Source: Verrucomicrobiota bacterium (GTDB lineage Bacteria; Verrucomicrobiota; Verrucomicrobiia; Chthoniobacterales; UBA6821). Taken from it: a stretch of DNA of 47,682 nucleotides. Below are positions 45,983-47,682 of the stretch, one piece after another; positions within the stretch are counted from its first letter, which is position 1, and every line of letters begins with the position of its first letter. A program made the position numbers and the translations under genes. The stretch lies in assembly GCA_037127835.1 (NCBI GenBank), contig JBAXXS010000003.1, positions 1 through 47,682 of the forward strand, written 5' to 3'. The notes beneath the pieces are model-generated. The model was given only the letters and a program-made list of their open reading frames with translations. It did no database searches and was not told the origin of the DNA.

Positions 45983-47341
45983 ATGGCAGTCAGAAAGCTT
46001 TTTGGAACGGATGGAATCCGCGGAACCGCGAACCGCTATCCCATCACCCCCGAGATTGCGCTGAGATTGGGTCGAGCCGCCGGCTACCTGATGAAGGGAA
46101 AAGGTGAGGGGCGTTGCCGTTTCGTGATCGGACGCGATACCCGGCGCTCCGGCGGGATGCTCGAGTCAGCTCTTATCGCAGGTCTCAACTCAGTCGGTGC
46201 CGATATCCTGCTTACAGGAGTGATCCCGACTCCTGCCGTCGCTTGTTTGGTCACGGAGTTCTCTGCCGCCGGAGGGATTGTCATCTCCGCCTCCCATAAT
46301 CCTGCGGGGGACAATGGGATCAAACTTTTCGGAGCTAACGGCTATAAGCTGGATGACTCTTTGGAAGAACGCTTGGAGGCTCTTATTCTGACCGATGAGA
46401 TTGATCACGAGCGCTCGCTAGGTGTGGCGCTCGGGATCACATCGAATATTTATGATGCCGCGGTGCGTTACGGGGCGATGGCCAAGGCGAGCGTCCCCGG
46501 AATGTCCCTTCATGGCCTGAAGATCGCAATTGATTGTGCCAATGGAGCCTCGTTTCAGACGACCCCCCAGGTGCTGAAGGATCTCGGGGCAACTCTCTCA
46601 GTTTTCCATGCGAAGCCCGACGGCATGAATATCAATGACCGATGCGGAAGCACTCATGCAGATGAGATCAGTCGGTTGGTAAAAGAGACAGGCGCTCAAA
46701 TCGGCATCTCGCACGATGGGGATGCCGACCGGCTTGTTCTGTGTGACGAAAAGGGGGAGATCGTCGACGGAGATGAGATTCTGGCCATGACGGCGCTGGA
46801 TACCCTCCGTCGCGGAACGCTTGCCGGGAAAACGCTGGTCGCCACGGTGATGAGCAATTTTGGACTCGATGAATCGATCGCTGAGGCTGGCGGCACTGTG
46901 ATCAGAACGGCCGTTGGTGACCGCTATGTGGTCGAAGCGATGCGTGCGGGGAATTTCTCGATCGGCGGTGAGCAGAGCGGCCACTTGATCTTCCGCGATC
47001 ACGGCACAACAGGAGATGGTCTTATTGCTGCTCTGCAGGTGCTGCGAATCATGACCGAAAGTGGAAAGCCGCTGAGTGAACTGCGTCGTTGTCTCAAGAA
47101 ATACCCACAGGCTCAGCGTAACCTTCGTGTGAAGGAGAAGCCGCCGCTCGATTCATTGACGGCTGTAGCTGCACTTGTTTCAGAGACGGAAAGAACGCTC
47201 GCAGGAAAAGGCCGCGTCCTTTTGCGCTACTCCGGCACCGAGCCGAAAGTCCGCCTGCTGATCGAAGGGCGCGACGAGGTGATGATCAATACGGCTGCAG
47301 ATCGGATCGCCACTGCCCTGACCGCTGCCATCGGGGCCTAG
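45983..47341 (+). CDS. glmM: Phosphoglucosamine mutase
   Basis: LFGTDGIRG, GRDTRRSG, ISASHNP (phosphoserine), HDGDADR, TVMSN, GGEQSGH, RYSGTEP. Confidence 0.97.
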   Translation: MAVRKLFGTDGIRGTANRYPITPEIALRLGRAAGYLMKGKGEGRCRFVIGRDTRRSGGMLESALIAGLNSVGADILLTGVIPTPAVACLVTEFSAAGGIVISASHNPAGDNGIKLFGANGYKLDDSLEERLEALILTDEIDHERSLGVALGITSNIYDAAVRYGAMAKASVPGMSLHGLKIAIDCANGASFQTTPQVLKDLGATLSVFHAKPDGMNINDRCGSTHADEISRLVKETGAQIGISHDGDADRLVLCDEKGEIVDGDEILAMTALDTLRRGTLAGKTLVATVMSNFGLDESIAEAGGTVIRTAVGDRYVVEAMRAGNFSIGGEQSGHLIFRDHGTTGDGLIAALQVLRIMTESGKPLSELRRCLKKYPQAQRNLRVKEKPPLDSLTAVAALVSETERTLAGKGRVLLRYSGTEPKVRLLIEGRDEVMINTAADRIATALTAAIGA

Positions 47342-47380
47342 AGCAGCTTCTAGTCAATCTGTCGATTGAGGGGAGACTGC

Positions 47381-47646
47381 ATGATTAATCTGGAACTCAG
47401 GAACTCAGGAAGGGAAATGCAGAACGAAAGGGACTGCAGAATGGAAAGTAAGCCAAGGAGAGTGGCGATCTCTTTTAGGAGAGAAATCCACACATGACCC
47501 TGGGGCACAGAGGAAAGAACGCAATATCCATGGAGTCCTCGGCTCGTTCATCGCCGGCACGACACTTCTCCAGTCTCATTCATTTCCTGAGTTGGCTAGC
47601 CCGGCCGTTGCTTCGCAGCCGTTACGGCTGAGTTCCATATTCATTC
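47381..47646. repeat. Inverted-repeat element with a small palindrome nested in its right arm
   Basis: Left arm atgattaatctggaactcaggaactcaggaa; right arm ttcctgagtt-[insert]-ctgagttccatattcatt. The insert contains cagccgttacggctg, which is related to 26489-26505. Confidence 0.65.
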
Positions 47647-47682
47647 CCTCATCGCATTCATTTTCAGAGCGTCAGAATAAAT

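Overview
A 47.7 kb, GC-rich, mostly housekeeping chromosomal window. The gene set (lpxC-fabZ fusion, long-form ispG, type II glutamine synthetase, futalosine-pathway mqnD, cdaA-glmM) suggests a PVC-group bacterium, probably Verrucomicrobia; this is inference. In order it holds: the pyrD tail, mqnD, rpmI-rplT-pheS-pheT, a rhamnosidase remnant with rhaT-rhaA, rseP-ispG, a 3D-domain lipoprotein, a nucleotidyltransferase-like protein, lpxA, lpxC-fabZ, an orphan ABC ATPase, an RluA-family enzyme, a MacAB-TolC-type pump, ogt, a SOUL lipoprotein, tRNA-Arg(ACG), a SAM-I riboswitch operon (ThrC-like enzyme, ubiquitin-like sulfur carrier, stand-alone NIL protein), rpiB, a mini-kinase/PP2C fusion divergent from a sigma54-driven glnII, rpoA-rplQ, hom-thrC-lysC, an accessory surface/polysaccharide block (LamG protein, exported lipoyl-fold protein, Ala/Gln-repeat protein, GH18-CE4-GT2 fusion, GH26), hisD, folP, cdaA with an overlapping mini-CdaR, and glmM. 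No integrase, transposase, CRISPR array or rRNA was seen. The best candidates for undescribed biology are (1) the SAM-controlled ThrC-paralogue/sulfur-carrier/NIL module, (2) the kinase-phosphatase fusion beside glnII, (3) the 35-42.7 kb secreted-protein/polysaccharide block, (4) the overprinted mini-CdaR, and (5) a dispersed family of short-period intergenic repeats, often arranged as inverted arms. All calls come from reading motifs by eye; no database search was run.
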